Shown here: positions 29,621 through 38,100 of the stretch, piece after piece
Layout: the number at the start of each line of letters is the position of its first letter
Position numbering within the stretch: position 1 is the stretch's first letter
Assembly (NCBI GenBank): GCA_934229625.1
Contig: CAKQDU010000008.1
Span: 360-64,359 of the forward strand
Direction of reading: 5' to 3'
Length of the DNA: 64,000 nucleotides
DNA from: an uncultured Alphaproteobacteria bacterium
GTDB taxonomy: Bacteria > Pseudomonadota > Alphaproteobacteria > RF32 > CAG-239
Program-made: the position numbers and the translations under genes
Notes under the pieces: generated by a model
Databases searched by the model: none
What the model was told of the DNA's origin: nothing
Seen by the model: the letters and a program-made list of their open reading frames with translations, nothing else

Positions 29621-32285
29621 CCTTTTTCAGTAATTCTTTTAAGTCATACAATTTTTGCAAAGCCTCGCGAGCAGTCATATCATCCGGATTAAGTTTTTCC
29701 AGCTCATCAATAACCGGAGATTTTTTTATTTCTTTCGGCACATATGAAAACAACGGCAGTTCATTGTCAAAACTGTTAAGCCCCTTATGCTGATTTTCAT
29801 TTTCCAACTTTGTCAAAACCTGTTCGGCACGCTCCAAAACAGCTGTTGGCAAACCGGCTAATTTTGCAACATGAATACCATACGAGCGGTCGGCTGCGCC
29901 ATCTATAACCTCATGTAAAAAAATGACTTCACCCTTAAACTCTTTGATTTTCATGCAATGCAAGCTCATGGCTTTCAATCTTTCCACCAAATCGGTAAGT
30001 TCATGATAGTGAGTGGCAAACAAAGCGCGGCATTTATTTACTTCATGCAAATATTCTACCACCGCCCAAGCAATTGAGAGTCCGTCAAAAGTAGCTGTAC
30101 CGCGTCCTATTTCATCCAAAATAACAAAAGAGCGTTTGTCTGCTCGGTTCAGAATAGACGCAGTTTCAACCATTTCCACCATAAAAGTAGAACGACCGCG
30201 CGCCAAATCGTCTGAAGCGCCGACCCGTGAAAAAACTTTGTCCACATAGCCTATATGCGCCGATTTTGCCGGAACATACGCCCCCATTTGCGCCATAATG
30301 GCTATAATAGCATTTTGCCGTAAAAATGTGGATTTACCAGCCATATTCGGACCAGTAAGAAGCCAAATACGATTATTGTCCACATCCAAACCACAGTTAT
30401 TGCCGACAAAACTTCCTTCATGATTGCGGCGGAGCGCATCTTCAACAACCGGATGCCGACCTTCTTCAATCTCAAACGCATAACTGTCGTCAATTTCCGG
30501 ACGGCAATAATTGTATTCAAGCGCCAAATCAGCCAGCGCCGCTCCGACATCCAGCTCGGCCAAAGCGGTTGCCGTACGGGTTATATCATCAGCAGCAAGC
30601 AAAATATTATGCACTAAATCATCAAAAACGGCTAATTCCAAAGCAAGAGCCTTTTCCGAAGCTCCGCGGATTTGGTTTTCCAGCTCAGTCAGTTCAACCG
30701 TCGTAAAACGAGAAGCATTCAGAACCGATTGTCTGTGAATAAATTCAGGATTTCCAAGCACCTTAGCTGAATCTTTATTGGAAATTTCTATAAAATAACC
30801 GATTACATTGTTATATTTTATTTTAAGGTGTTCTATTCCGGTTTGTTTCACATATTTGCTTTGCAAATTCAAAATATAGTTATGCCCTTTATTTTTCAAA
30901 TCACGCACGGCATCAAGCTCCGGACTGTAGCCGGCTTTGATAAAATCGCCGTCACGCGCCAAAAGCGGCAGGTCGTTTGTTCTGTCTTCCACCCACAAAG
31001 CATTTGCCAGCATATTAACCAGCATGCTATGATTTCCGAATTTTTGCAATACTTCGGCAACCGCTACCGGCAGCTCATCCAAAACATCAATGGCTTTAAA
31101 TGATTCTATTAAAGTTTTCAGCTTTGGCAGACTGCCCAAAGTCATGCCTATGGCTAGCAAATCGCGAGGTCCACCGCGGCCGACGCCAAGTCTGGAAACG
31201 GCACGTTCAACATCAGGACAGCTTTTCAGTATAGCACGCAATTTTTCTCGCACATCTTGATGTTTTAAGAAAAACTCGACCACATCCAAACGTTTATTTA
31301 TTTTATCAACATTCAACAGCGGATTAGCCAAGCGATTGGCTAACAATCTGGCACCGGCTCCGCTTACGGTTCTATCCATTACAGAAATCAGCGTAGCGCC
31401 GCGCGGGCCTTCCAATAAGTCCAAATTATGACGGGTTGCAGCGTCTATTTCCATATATTGACTGCTCAATATTTTTACCGGACGGGCAATGCGCGGCATT
31501 TTGCCTTTTTGAGTATTTTCAACATAATCAAGCAAAATTCCGGCCGCAGAAATTTCAATTTTACTAAAATTTCCAAACGAGTCCAGCGTGTTAACCTGAT
31601 AAAATTCTAAAATCCTTTTCTGAGCATTACCGCTATTAAAACGAGCCTGCGGCAATACAGAAAGTTTTTCTTTATATTCGTTCAACAGATGAAACAATTC
31701 AGGATTCTGCAGCAATGCATCCGACACCAAAATTTCGCTCGGCGACAATCTGTCAATTTCAGTATGCAGCTGAGCCGCCTCATTTTGAGGGCAAACTTCA
31801 AGTAAACGGGTATAAAACACGCCGGTGGAAAGGTCTATCCACGCCAAACCAAACTCGTTTCCATTTTTTGCCACGCACAACAGATAGTTATTTTTCCGAG
31901 AATCCAAAATAGTGTCTTCGGTAATAGTTCCGGGAGTCACCAAACGCACAACGTCTCGGCGCACAATAGCCTTATAGCCGCGTTTTTTAGCCTCTGCCGG
32001 ATTTTCCATCTGTTCGCAAATAGCCACCTTGAAACCCTGTTTCATCAGTTTTGCCATATAGCTTTCATAGGCATGAAAAGGCACGCCGCACATCGGCACA
32101 TCTTTACCATCGGCCTTTCCGCGTTTAGTCAACGCAATATCCAAAGCTTTTGAAGCCGTTATGGCATCTTCAAAAAACAATTCATAAAAATCGCCCATGC
32201 GATAAAACAGCAAATAGTCCTGATGAGCCTTTTTCAGCTCCATATATTGTTCCATTGCCGGCGTTAAATTACTTTTTTCCGTCAT
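29613..32285 (-). CDS. mutS: DNA mismatch repair protein MutS
   Basis: 890 aa; mismatch-binding N-terminus (GDFYELF), Walker A GPNMAGKST, STFMVEM, C-terminal dimerisation. Confidence 0.95.
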   Translation of the reverse strand: MTEKSNLTPAMEQYMELKKAHQDYLLFYRMGDFYELFFEDAITASKALDIALTKRGKADGKDVPMCGVPFHAYESYMAKLMKQGFKVAICEQMENPAEAKKRGYKAIVRRDVVRLVTPGTITEDTILDSRKNNYLLCVAKNGNEFGLAWIDLSTGVFYTRLLEVCPQNEAAQLHTEIDRLSPSEILVSDALLQNPELFHLLNEYKEKLSVLPQARFNSGNAQKRILEFYQVNTLDSFGNFSKIEISAAGILLDYVENTQKGKMPRIARPVKILSSQYMEIDAATRHNLDLLEGPRGATLISVMDRTVSGAGARLLANRLANPLLNVDKINKRLDVVEFFLKHQDVREKLRAILKSCPDVERAVSRLGVGRGGPRDLLAIGMTLGSLPKLKTLIESFKAIDVLDELPVAVAEVLQKFGNHSMLVNMLANALWVEDRTNDLPLLARDGDFIKAGYSPELDAVRDLKNKGHNYILNLQSKYVKQTGIEHLKIKYNNVIGYFIEISNKDSAKVLGNPEFIHRQSVLNASRFTTVELTELENQIRGASEKALALELAVFDDLVHNILLAADDITRTATALAELDVGAALADLALEYNYCRPEIDDSYAFEIEEGRHPVVEDALRRNHEGSFVGNNCGLDVDNNRIWLLTGPNMAGKSTFLRQNAIIAIMAQMGAYVPAKSAHIGYVDKVFSRVGASDDLARGRSTFMVEMVETASILNRADKRSFVILDEIGRGTATFDGLSIAWAVVEYLHEVNKCRALFATHYHELTDLVERLKAMSLHCMKIKEFKGEVIFLHEVIDGAADRSYGIHVAKLAGLPTAVLERAEQVLTKLENENQHKGLNSFDNELPLFSYVPKEIKKSPVIDELEKLNPDDMTAREALQKLYDLKELLKKDV

Positions 32286-32333
32286 CTTGATATTAAACCT
32301 ATTTAAACTTATTGTATACTACAATAAATATGT

Positions 32334-33797
32334 TTGAAGTCTAGCACTTTATTAAATTTATCATACGGGATAACGCCAATGCTGAAAAATATGAAACGCC
32401 TTCTGGGATTGGAAAAAGATTCTTCTTTTTCTACGCGTGTGCTGATTTTGTCGCTGCCTTCGGCCGTATTGTTTACCTTATTGGCTTTTTTTGAACTGGT
32501 GACACCTTTAACGGCGCTGATTTGTTATGTTGTAATTATCATATTCAACATGTTTTCTCTTTTTCCGCTGAGCTATGAGATGCAGTCTCTTAAACAATAT
32601 ATTTATTCTCTGGCCAACGAACATGAAGACGGTTTAAAGCCGAACCTTTCAGAAAAAGACGCGCAAAAAATTGCCGATGCCGTTAATTCCATTCATCGTT
32701 TTTGGACCTCAAAAGCCGAATCGCTTGAAGCGCAGACAATGTCTGACGCCGCGGTCTTAGACACTCTTCCCGACCCGATTTTGATGCTGGACAGCGAAGG
32801 AGTTATCACCGGAGGCAATCTTTCGGCACGCAATTTGCTGGGTGAAGATATAACCGGACGCAATATTGATTCTGTTTTCAGCGTGAATATTTTTGTAACA
32901 TCGGTAGAAAAAGTGCTGAAAAATAAAAGCGAATCCGAAAGTTTGGTATTTCATGCCGGCGGAAAAATCAATAAACGCATTTATGCTCATATAACAAAGC
33001 TTCCGTGGTATTCAAAAGGACGCGCCGTTGCCGTTGTTTCTATTTATGACATCAGCAAAGCCATGAGTTTAGAAAAAATGCAATCGGATTTTGTGGCAAA
33101 CGCCAGTCATGAGCTTAGAACTCCGCTTTCGGTAATCTCCGGCTTTATTGAAACATTGCAAACTTCGGCTAAAGACGATGACGAAGCGCGCGAAGCTTTT
33201 TTAGCCATCATGAAAGAACAAACGGACTATATGTCAAATCTGATAGAAAATCTGCTTTCGCTTTCTAAACTGGAAATGGCTCAAGATAAAGAATTAAAAG
33301 ACAAGGTGAATATATCCGAAGTTATAGACGACGTTACGGAAGCATTAAAAATAAAAGCATTTCAACATTCGGTTAATCTGAAAGTTTCTGAACAAGGACG
33401 CATTCCAAAAATTATTGGAGACAAGCAAGAAATTCGGCAAATTCTGCAAAATCTGACAGACAATGCCATTAAATACGCTCAGGAAAACTCCGAAATAAGC
33501 ATAGATATTAAGACTGTGCCTCAAATTCCGGTCGGAAACGGGCAGAATGTGGCGTCAGGCAAAGCGGTAAGCATCGCCATAAATAACAAAGGTCCGAAAA
33601 TAGCCAAAGAAGATTTGGCTCGTCTTACAGAAAAATTCTATCGTATGCAAATTCACAAAGATATGAAAATCCGCGGAACAGGCTTAGGTTTAGCCATTGC
33701 CAAGCAGATTATTTTGCATCATCATGGAAATTTGACAGTAAACTCAACAGCCTATAACGGAACAACTTTTACGGTTTATTTGCCGCTCAAACCATAA
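32334..33797 (+). CDS. sensor histidine kinase (PhoR/PAS-type)
   Basis: two N-terminal TM helices, PAS-like segment, HisKA H-box ASHELRTPL, HATPase N/G boxes (DNAIKYA, GTGLGLAIAKQI); no cognate regulator adjacent. Confidence 0.85.
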   Translation: MKSSTLLNLSYGITPMLKNMKRLLGLEKDSSFSTRVLILSLPSAVLFTLLAFFELVTPLTALICYVVIIIFNMFSLFPLSYEMQSLKQYIYSLANEHEDGLKPNLSEKDAQKIADAVNSIHRFWTSKAESLEAQTMSDAAVLDTLPDPILMLDSEGVITGGNLSARNLLGEDITGRNIDSVFSVNIFVTSVEKVLKNKSESESLVFHAGGKINKRIYAHITKLPWYSKGRAVAVVSIYDISKAMSLEKMQSDFVANASHELRTPLSVISGFIETLQTSAKDDDEAREAFLAIMKEQTDYMSNLIENLLSLSKLEMAQDKELKDKVNISEVIDDVTEALKIKAFQHSVNLKVSEQGRIPKIIGDKQEIRQILQNLTDNAIKYAQENSEISIDIKTVPQIPVGNGQNVASGKAVSIAINNKGPKIAKEDLARLTEKFYRMQIHKDMKIRGTGLGLAIAKQIILHHHGNLTVNSTAYNGTTFTVYLPLKP

Positions 33798-33852
33798 TTT
33801 TATGATATGACTGCTTATCTCAATAAAAAACTGTTTTCTCTATAAAAAATGA

Positions 33853-33892
33853 AGGCAGAAGCCAACGCACTCTGCCTAAATTTTTTTTGATG
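33853..33892. terminator. bidirectional rho-independent terminator
   Basis: ggcagaagccaacgcactctgcc hairpin flanked by A/T runs between convergent kinase and HU genes. Confidence 0.6.
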
Positions 33893-33901
33893 TAAAAACA
33901 A

Positions 33902-34177
33902 TTAGCCGTTTACAATGTCTTGTAAAGTTTTACCGGCTTTGAATTTAGCTACTGTACGAGCAGGAACTTTTACTGTTTCACGAGTACGCGGATTGATAGC
34001 TGTTGTAGCAGCTCTCTTAGAAGTAGCAAAAGTACCAAAGCCAACCAAACGAACATCGTCACCGGCTTTCAAAGCGTCAGAAACAGCTGCGATGAAAGCG
34101 TCCAAAGCTTTTGAAGAATCTGTTTTGCTTAAACCAGAAGCAGCAGACATACTGTCAATCAATTCACTTTTATTCAT
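33902..34177 (-). CDS. hupB: DNA-binding protein HU
   Basis: 91 aa; GFGTF...NPRT..V.VPAR..KFKAGK consensus of HU/IHF family. Confidence 0.9.
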   Translation of the reverse strand: MNKSELIDSMSAASGLSKTDSSKALDAFIAAVSDALKAGDDVRLVGFGTFATSKRAATTAINPRTRETVKVPARTVAKFKAGKTLQDIVNG

Positions 34178-34341
34178 TTTTATATTCCTCTTTAAGTTAT
34201 AATTTAAAGTTGAGAATTTGTTCTCGCTCTTTATCTAATAGGATTAAAAACGGTTTGTCAAACAAAAAATTATGTCAAACCTCAGAAAAAAGTATATTTT
34301 GCGCCGATTTTATACAAATTGTGAGCTAAAAATATTCATAT

Positions 34342-34917
34342 TTGACTTTGAAAACCGATTTATATAGTATAGTTGTTGGTAATAAGGAGTGTATGCAGAT
34401 GAAAATCAGAATCTTGGGGATAGCATTGGCCGGATTTTTAAGCGCTTGCGGAGAATCGGGAACAGATGAAATTTATAATGAAAACAACACTAATGTTGTT
34501 GAAGGCATAGTTTATGACATAAATGAAAAACCTATTAACGGCACTTATAAAATATATTACCCTAACGGAAACGTAAAAATGGAAGTTAAAAGCAAAAACG
34601 GCAAACCGGATGGTTTAGGACGTTTTTATGACGAAGACGGAAATATTGTATTTGAAGGAAATTTCAAAAACGGATTGATGAACGGTAAAATGCTGAATTT
34701 TTATCCAGATGGCTCCATACATAATGAAATAAACTACACAAACGGCAAACCGGATGGTCTATATAAAACTTATAATCAAGACGGAACACCTGTTGTGGAA
34801 GTCCTTTTTGAAAACGGCACGGCATCCAAAGGATACGCCATTATTCAGGAACATAAAATAGATTTAACTCCTGAGGATTTACAAGAAATCTCAGAACCGG
34901 AACAACCGCTGCAATAG
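34342..34917 (+). CDS. MORN-repeat lipoprotein
   Basis: lipobox LSAC; repeated YxNGxxxxxxxxKNGKPDG units (MORN-variant repeats). Confidence 0.6.
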   Translation: MTLKTDLYSIVVGNKECMQMKIRILGIALAGFLSACGESGTDEIYNENNTNVVEGIVYDINEKPINGTYKIYYPNGNVKMEVKSKNGKPDGLGRFYDEDGNIVFEGNFKNGLMNGKMLNFYPDGSIHNEINYTNGKPDGLYKTYNQDGTPVVEVLFENGTASKGYAIIQEHKIDLTPEDLQEISEPEQPLQ

Positions 34918-35239
34918 CGGTTGTTTTTTTATAAGCAATTGCTATATCTAATAATATAGATGTTTGTCTGTTTGAAACACACGAAAAATACGAATCGCAA
35001 TTTTAGATAAAATTATTATAAATCAAAATGTTATATAAATATGATATAATTTTGCCAAAATAAAAAAATACGCTTGTTTTGCAAAAAAAATATATGGAAA
35101 AAAGGTTTTTTTATATTTTTTTGTACATTTTTTAGAAAAAAATAAAAAAAATGCTTAACAAATACTTAATTTTCTGTTAATAATGTACTTAGATGTGATT
35201 AAAAATTTAATTGTTCAGATTTAGAACTGGAGGAATATA

Positions 35240-35755
35240 ATGAAAAACTTAACAAAATTGCTGGTTGTAGCCATGGTTGCAGGCCTGACAGCGTGTGCCA
35301 GCGATGAAGAAACCGCAAATCGCAACTATCGTTATGCAGGTGAAGACGGTTGCGGCGATGCTTTAATTAAAGAAAAACCAGCTCCGGCTCCGGTTCGTCA
35401 GGTTGCCCGTCCTTGCACCACTTGCCAAGCGACAGCTCCTGCTCCCGTCCCTGCCGCCCGTCCTTGCGGCGGTTGTCAGCCGACAGAATACACAGTTAGA
35501 ACTCCTGTAAAAGTTGTTTATAAAAACACAACATATCATACTGTGTATGAACCTCGTACTTATGAAACAACATCGTTTGAAACACGTCCGTTTAATCGTG
35601 CCGAAGCTTGCACATCAGGTGAATGCTATGGCGGCGGTCAAGCGGTTATGAACGCTCAGCCTGTTATGGCGGCTCAGCCGGTTGTAACACGTCAGCCTGT
35701 TTTGCAGCAGCCTGCCGGACAAGTTTCAGCTCCTGTTGAAGTATATGAAAAATAA
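35240..35755 (+). CDS. Pro/Ala-rich lipoprotein with duplicated ARPC-xx-CQ motifs
   Basis: signal peptide with lipobox LTAC; internal repeat PAPVRQVARPCTTCQAT / PAPVPAARPCGGCQPT; strong RBS ggagg. Confidence 0.6.
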   Translation: MKNLTKLLVVAMVAGLTACASDEETANRNYRYAGEDGCGDALIKEKPAPAPVRQVARPCTTCQATAPAPVPAARPCGGCQPTEYTVRTPVKVVYKNTTYHTVYEPRTYETTSFETRPFNRAEACTSGECYGGGQAVMNAQPVMAAQPVVTRQPVLQQPAGQVSAPVEVYEK

Positions 35756-35928
35756 TTATTGAACATTGTTTTTCTTCTATGCTCCGTATATTTTTCCAAT
35801 ATACGGAGTTTTTTTGTATGCTAAAAAAGTGAAGCACAATCAAACTGCTTTTACTTAAACACAAAATTATCTTTACTTTCAGGTTATCTTTAGTTAAAAT
35901 ATATATCGGATGGACAATAGTTTATCCA

Positions 35929-36124
35929 GGGCGTCAGAAACCCTTTAATAAATTGGATAGTCGCTTCTAAGCATAAGCGACTTAAAATTGTTGTTATGCC
36001 GACTTCTGTTCATAGGACGGATGTCGGCTGAATAAGGCTATATGCTGAATAGGCCGAGCCGTTCTTTTATTCAATTTATTAACGGTTTCTGAACATCCGC
36101 CCGCCTTTATAGCGGGTTTTATTT
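35929..36124 (+). repeat. inverted-repeat-bounded structured element with internal hairpins and 3' intrinsic terminator
   Basis: 20-nt arms cagaaaccctttaataaattg (35935-35955) and caatttattaacggtttctg (36072-36091) are reverse complements with 1 mismatch; three internal hairpins; cccgc-ctttata-gcggg-TTTT terminator 36100-36124. Confidence 0.45.
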
Positions 36125-36152
36125 TATGTGCAATTTTTGGAGGTTTAGAAAT

Positions 36153-36767
36153 ATGAAAAATCAACGTGGTCGCAGTATGATAGAAATGCTGGGTGTTTTG
36201 GCACTTATCGGCGTTCTCTCTGTTGGAGGCATCGCCGGATATTCTAAAGCGATGGAAAAATATAAACTTAATAAAACCATTGAAGAATATAACTATGTTA
36301 CACATGGTTTATTAGAGCATTTGCCTGAACTTCAAAAACTAAATTCCACTGACAGTCAATATATGATTACAGATTTTGTTTTAGCCGCAAATATAGTGCC
36401 TTCAACCTGGAAACGACACAATGGAACAGATTTATCAGATTCCTATGGCGGTGCAATAGCTATTTTTATAAGAAACAATCATCTGAGTTTAGAAATTTAT
36501 CATCATTATCCTTATGATGACGCAGGTTCTTTATCTTCAATTGAATTTTGTAAAACTTTGTTTAAGGATGTAGCGCAACCGCTATCATCAGCCATGTACG
36601 GCGTTGGTCTATATATGTTTGATTATGATGATAATATTATATACGGAAATGCCCATTGTGATGGTGATAAAACCTGTTTGAATAATTTAACGATTTCTGA
36701 AATAAATAAAATATGCAACTCCTATAAAAAAGATGCAAATTACAGTTCGGTTATTTTATATTTTTAA
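36153..36767 (+). CDS. type-IV-prepilin-like protein, paralog 1
   Basis: ggagg RBS; leader MKNQRG then RSMIEMLGVLALIGVLSVGGIAGY (Gly-1, Glu+5, hydrophobic helix); Cys-rich C-terminal motif HCDGDKTCLNNLTISEINKICNSY. Confidence 0.6.
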   Translation: MKNQRGRSMIEMLGVLALIGVLSVGGIAGYSKAMEKYKLNKTIEEYNYVTHGLLEHLPELQKLNSTDSQYMITDFVLAANIVPSTWKRHNGTDLSDSYGGAIAIFIRNNHLSLEIYHHYPYDDAGSLSSIEFCKTLFKDVAQPLSSAMYGVGLYMFDYDDNIIYGNAHCDGDKTCLNNLTISEINKICNSYKKDANYSSVILYF

Positions 36768-36810
36768 ATTTTGCCGTATAGACTGTTTTTATTTTACAAT
36801 TATTCAGCGG

Positions 36811-36903
36811 TTAACTTATGGCGTGAGACTGTTATAAAATTAGAGTGTAAACAACATAATTTTAGAGGAAAGAAAGATGAAAAATAAGTTATTCAAATTC
36901 TAA
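36811..36903 (+). promoter_or_regulatory. orphan, truncated copy of the pilin-paralog promoter-leader module
   Basis: ttaact-N16-tataaa then gagtgtaaacaacataattttagaggaaagaaagATGaaaaataag...; copy lacks the (TC)7 tract and downstream gene; uORF reduced to 8 codons (36877-36903). Confidence 0.55.
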
Positions 36904-37025
36904 ACATCTGATTATCATATGAAAAATGAACAAGCCTGTGCCTTAGTTTTGGATTGTTAGCTAAAATGCCTCAAAAAAAACGCTGTAAACTTTTTAGAGT
37001 TCCGCAGCGTTTTTAATTTTACAAA

Positions 37026-37262
37026 CTATTTGTATTTTCCAAACATCAAGCAAATACATCCTAAAATGCAGAAGCCTAACAACATTAAAGCATCCGCATC
37101 TGAAATTTTTGCCATGATATTTTCATCAAATCCGCGATAAATAAAAATAATCATGCATATAACGAAAAGCACAAACAAATCTATCGCACCAAAAATGGCA
37201 ACAATATTTCTGAATTTCATAGTTATATTCTTTACAAACCAAACACTGGAAATTTTTCCCAC
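37026..37262 (-). CDS. small membrane protein
   Basis: 78 aa, 2 TM. Confidence 0.35.
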   Translation of the reverse strand: MGKISSVWFVKNITMKFRNIVAIFGAIDLFVLFVICMIIFIYRGFDENIMAKISDADALMLLGFCILGCICLMFGKYK

Positions 37263-37675
37263 ATATCAGACAAAACAGCAATCATATTGCTAAATACTTT
37301 TCCCCAATCAATTATACAAATCAAAAGCAGAGAAAAAATTCCGCATAAAATGCTTCCATAAAATGAAGCTGTTAACTCAGTTTTACATTGAGCAAGCCTG
37401 CGTTCTTTTTGTTCAAAATATTCTTCCCTATCCATCTCGTTTGAAAACTTCAAACTGCCGCTGCCTCCCGATTTTTCGTACCGATAATCTGCTTTATCCG
37501 AAAAATAAAAAAACAATGCAATCCTGAAGGAAATCAGCATAATAACCAGCAGAATAGCACAGCTTGAGGCTTTTCCCTGAGCAAAGGGCGCAAGAATTAC
37601 TGATAAAATCAATAAAATTGTTGCAAATAACTTAAAATAATAACCACGCATAATTAAATGATTTAAATTAAACAT
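37232..37675 (-). CDS. membrane protein
   Basis: 147 aa, 3-4 TM. Confidence 0.35.
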   Translation of the reverse strand: MFNLNHLIMRGYYFKLFATILLILSVILAPFAQGKASSCAILLVIMLISFRIALFFYFSDKADYRYEKSGGSGSLKFSNEMDREEYFEQKERRLAQCKTELTASFYGSILCGIFSLLLICIIDWGKVFSNMIAVLSDMWEKFPVFGL

Positions 37676-37811
37676 AATAATAAAATTTGGATTTATTTTG
37701 GCTCATACGCCATTTTTTGTCAACATTTAAATATAAAAAAAGTCTGAAATTTTGTTAGTGAATAAGACAGTCGTTTTTTTTACACACTTTCGACAATAAT
37801 AAAGCTTTGAT

Positions 37812-38100
37812 TTTTGCGGTTGACTTATGAAAAAAGGCTGTTATAGAATTGGAGTGTAAACAACATAATTTTAGAGGAAAGAAAGATGAAAAATAAGCTA
37901 TTCAAAGGTCTCTCTCTCTCTCTGCAAATCCTAAACATCTGATTAAAGGCATATTTTTTGCCACTCAGCGTGTTTTTGCAGAGTTCAGCGCAAAAAATCA
38001 CACATTCGAAAATAACACATTCAGTAGCTACTCTATAAAGGGTTCTGGATTGCTTCGTCGTTGCACTCCTCGCAATGACATTTGCAGCGTGGGACGTTCC
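37812..38100 (+). promoter_or_regulatory. conserved promoter-leader module of pilin paralog 2 (sigma-70-like promoter 37820-37847, uORF 37886-37942 with (TC)7 at 37909-37922, inverted repeat ctctgcaaa/tttgcagag)
   Basis: ttgact-N16-tataga; module ~90% identical to copies at 44869 and 45786; uORF MKNKLFKGLSLSLQILNI preceded by gaggaaag RBS. Confidence 0.6.

Noticed and set aside
35994-36305. 103-aa minus-strand ORF upstream of pilin paralog 1
   Set aside because: It lies inside the inverted-repeat structured element and the promoter/RBS of paralog 1, runs antisense to the paralog-1 start, and has no RBS.
37909-37923. (TC)7 tracts considered as CRISPR or other spaced-repeat array
   Set aside because: They are simple dinucleotide microsatellites inside a conserved leader. 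No direct repeats of 24-40 bp separated by unique spacers, and no cas genes, occur anywhere in the window.
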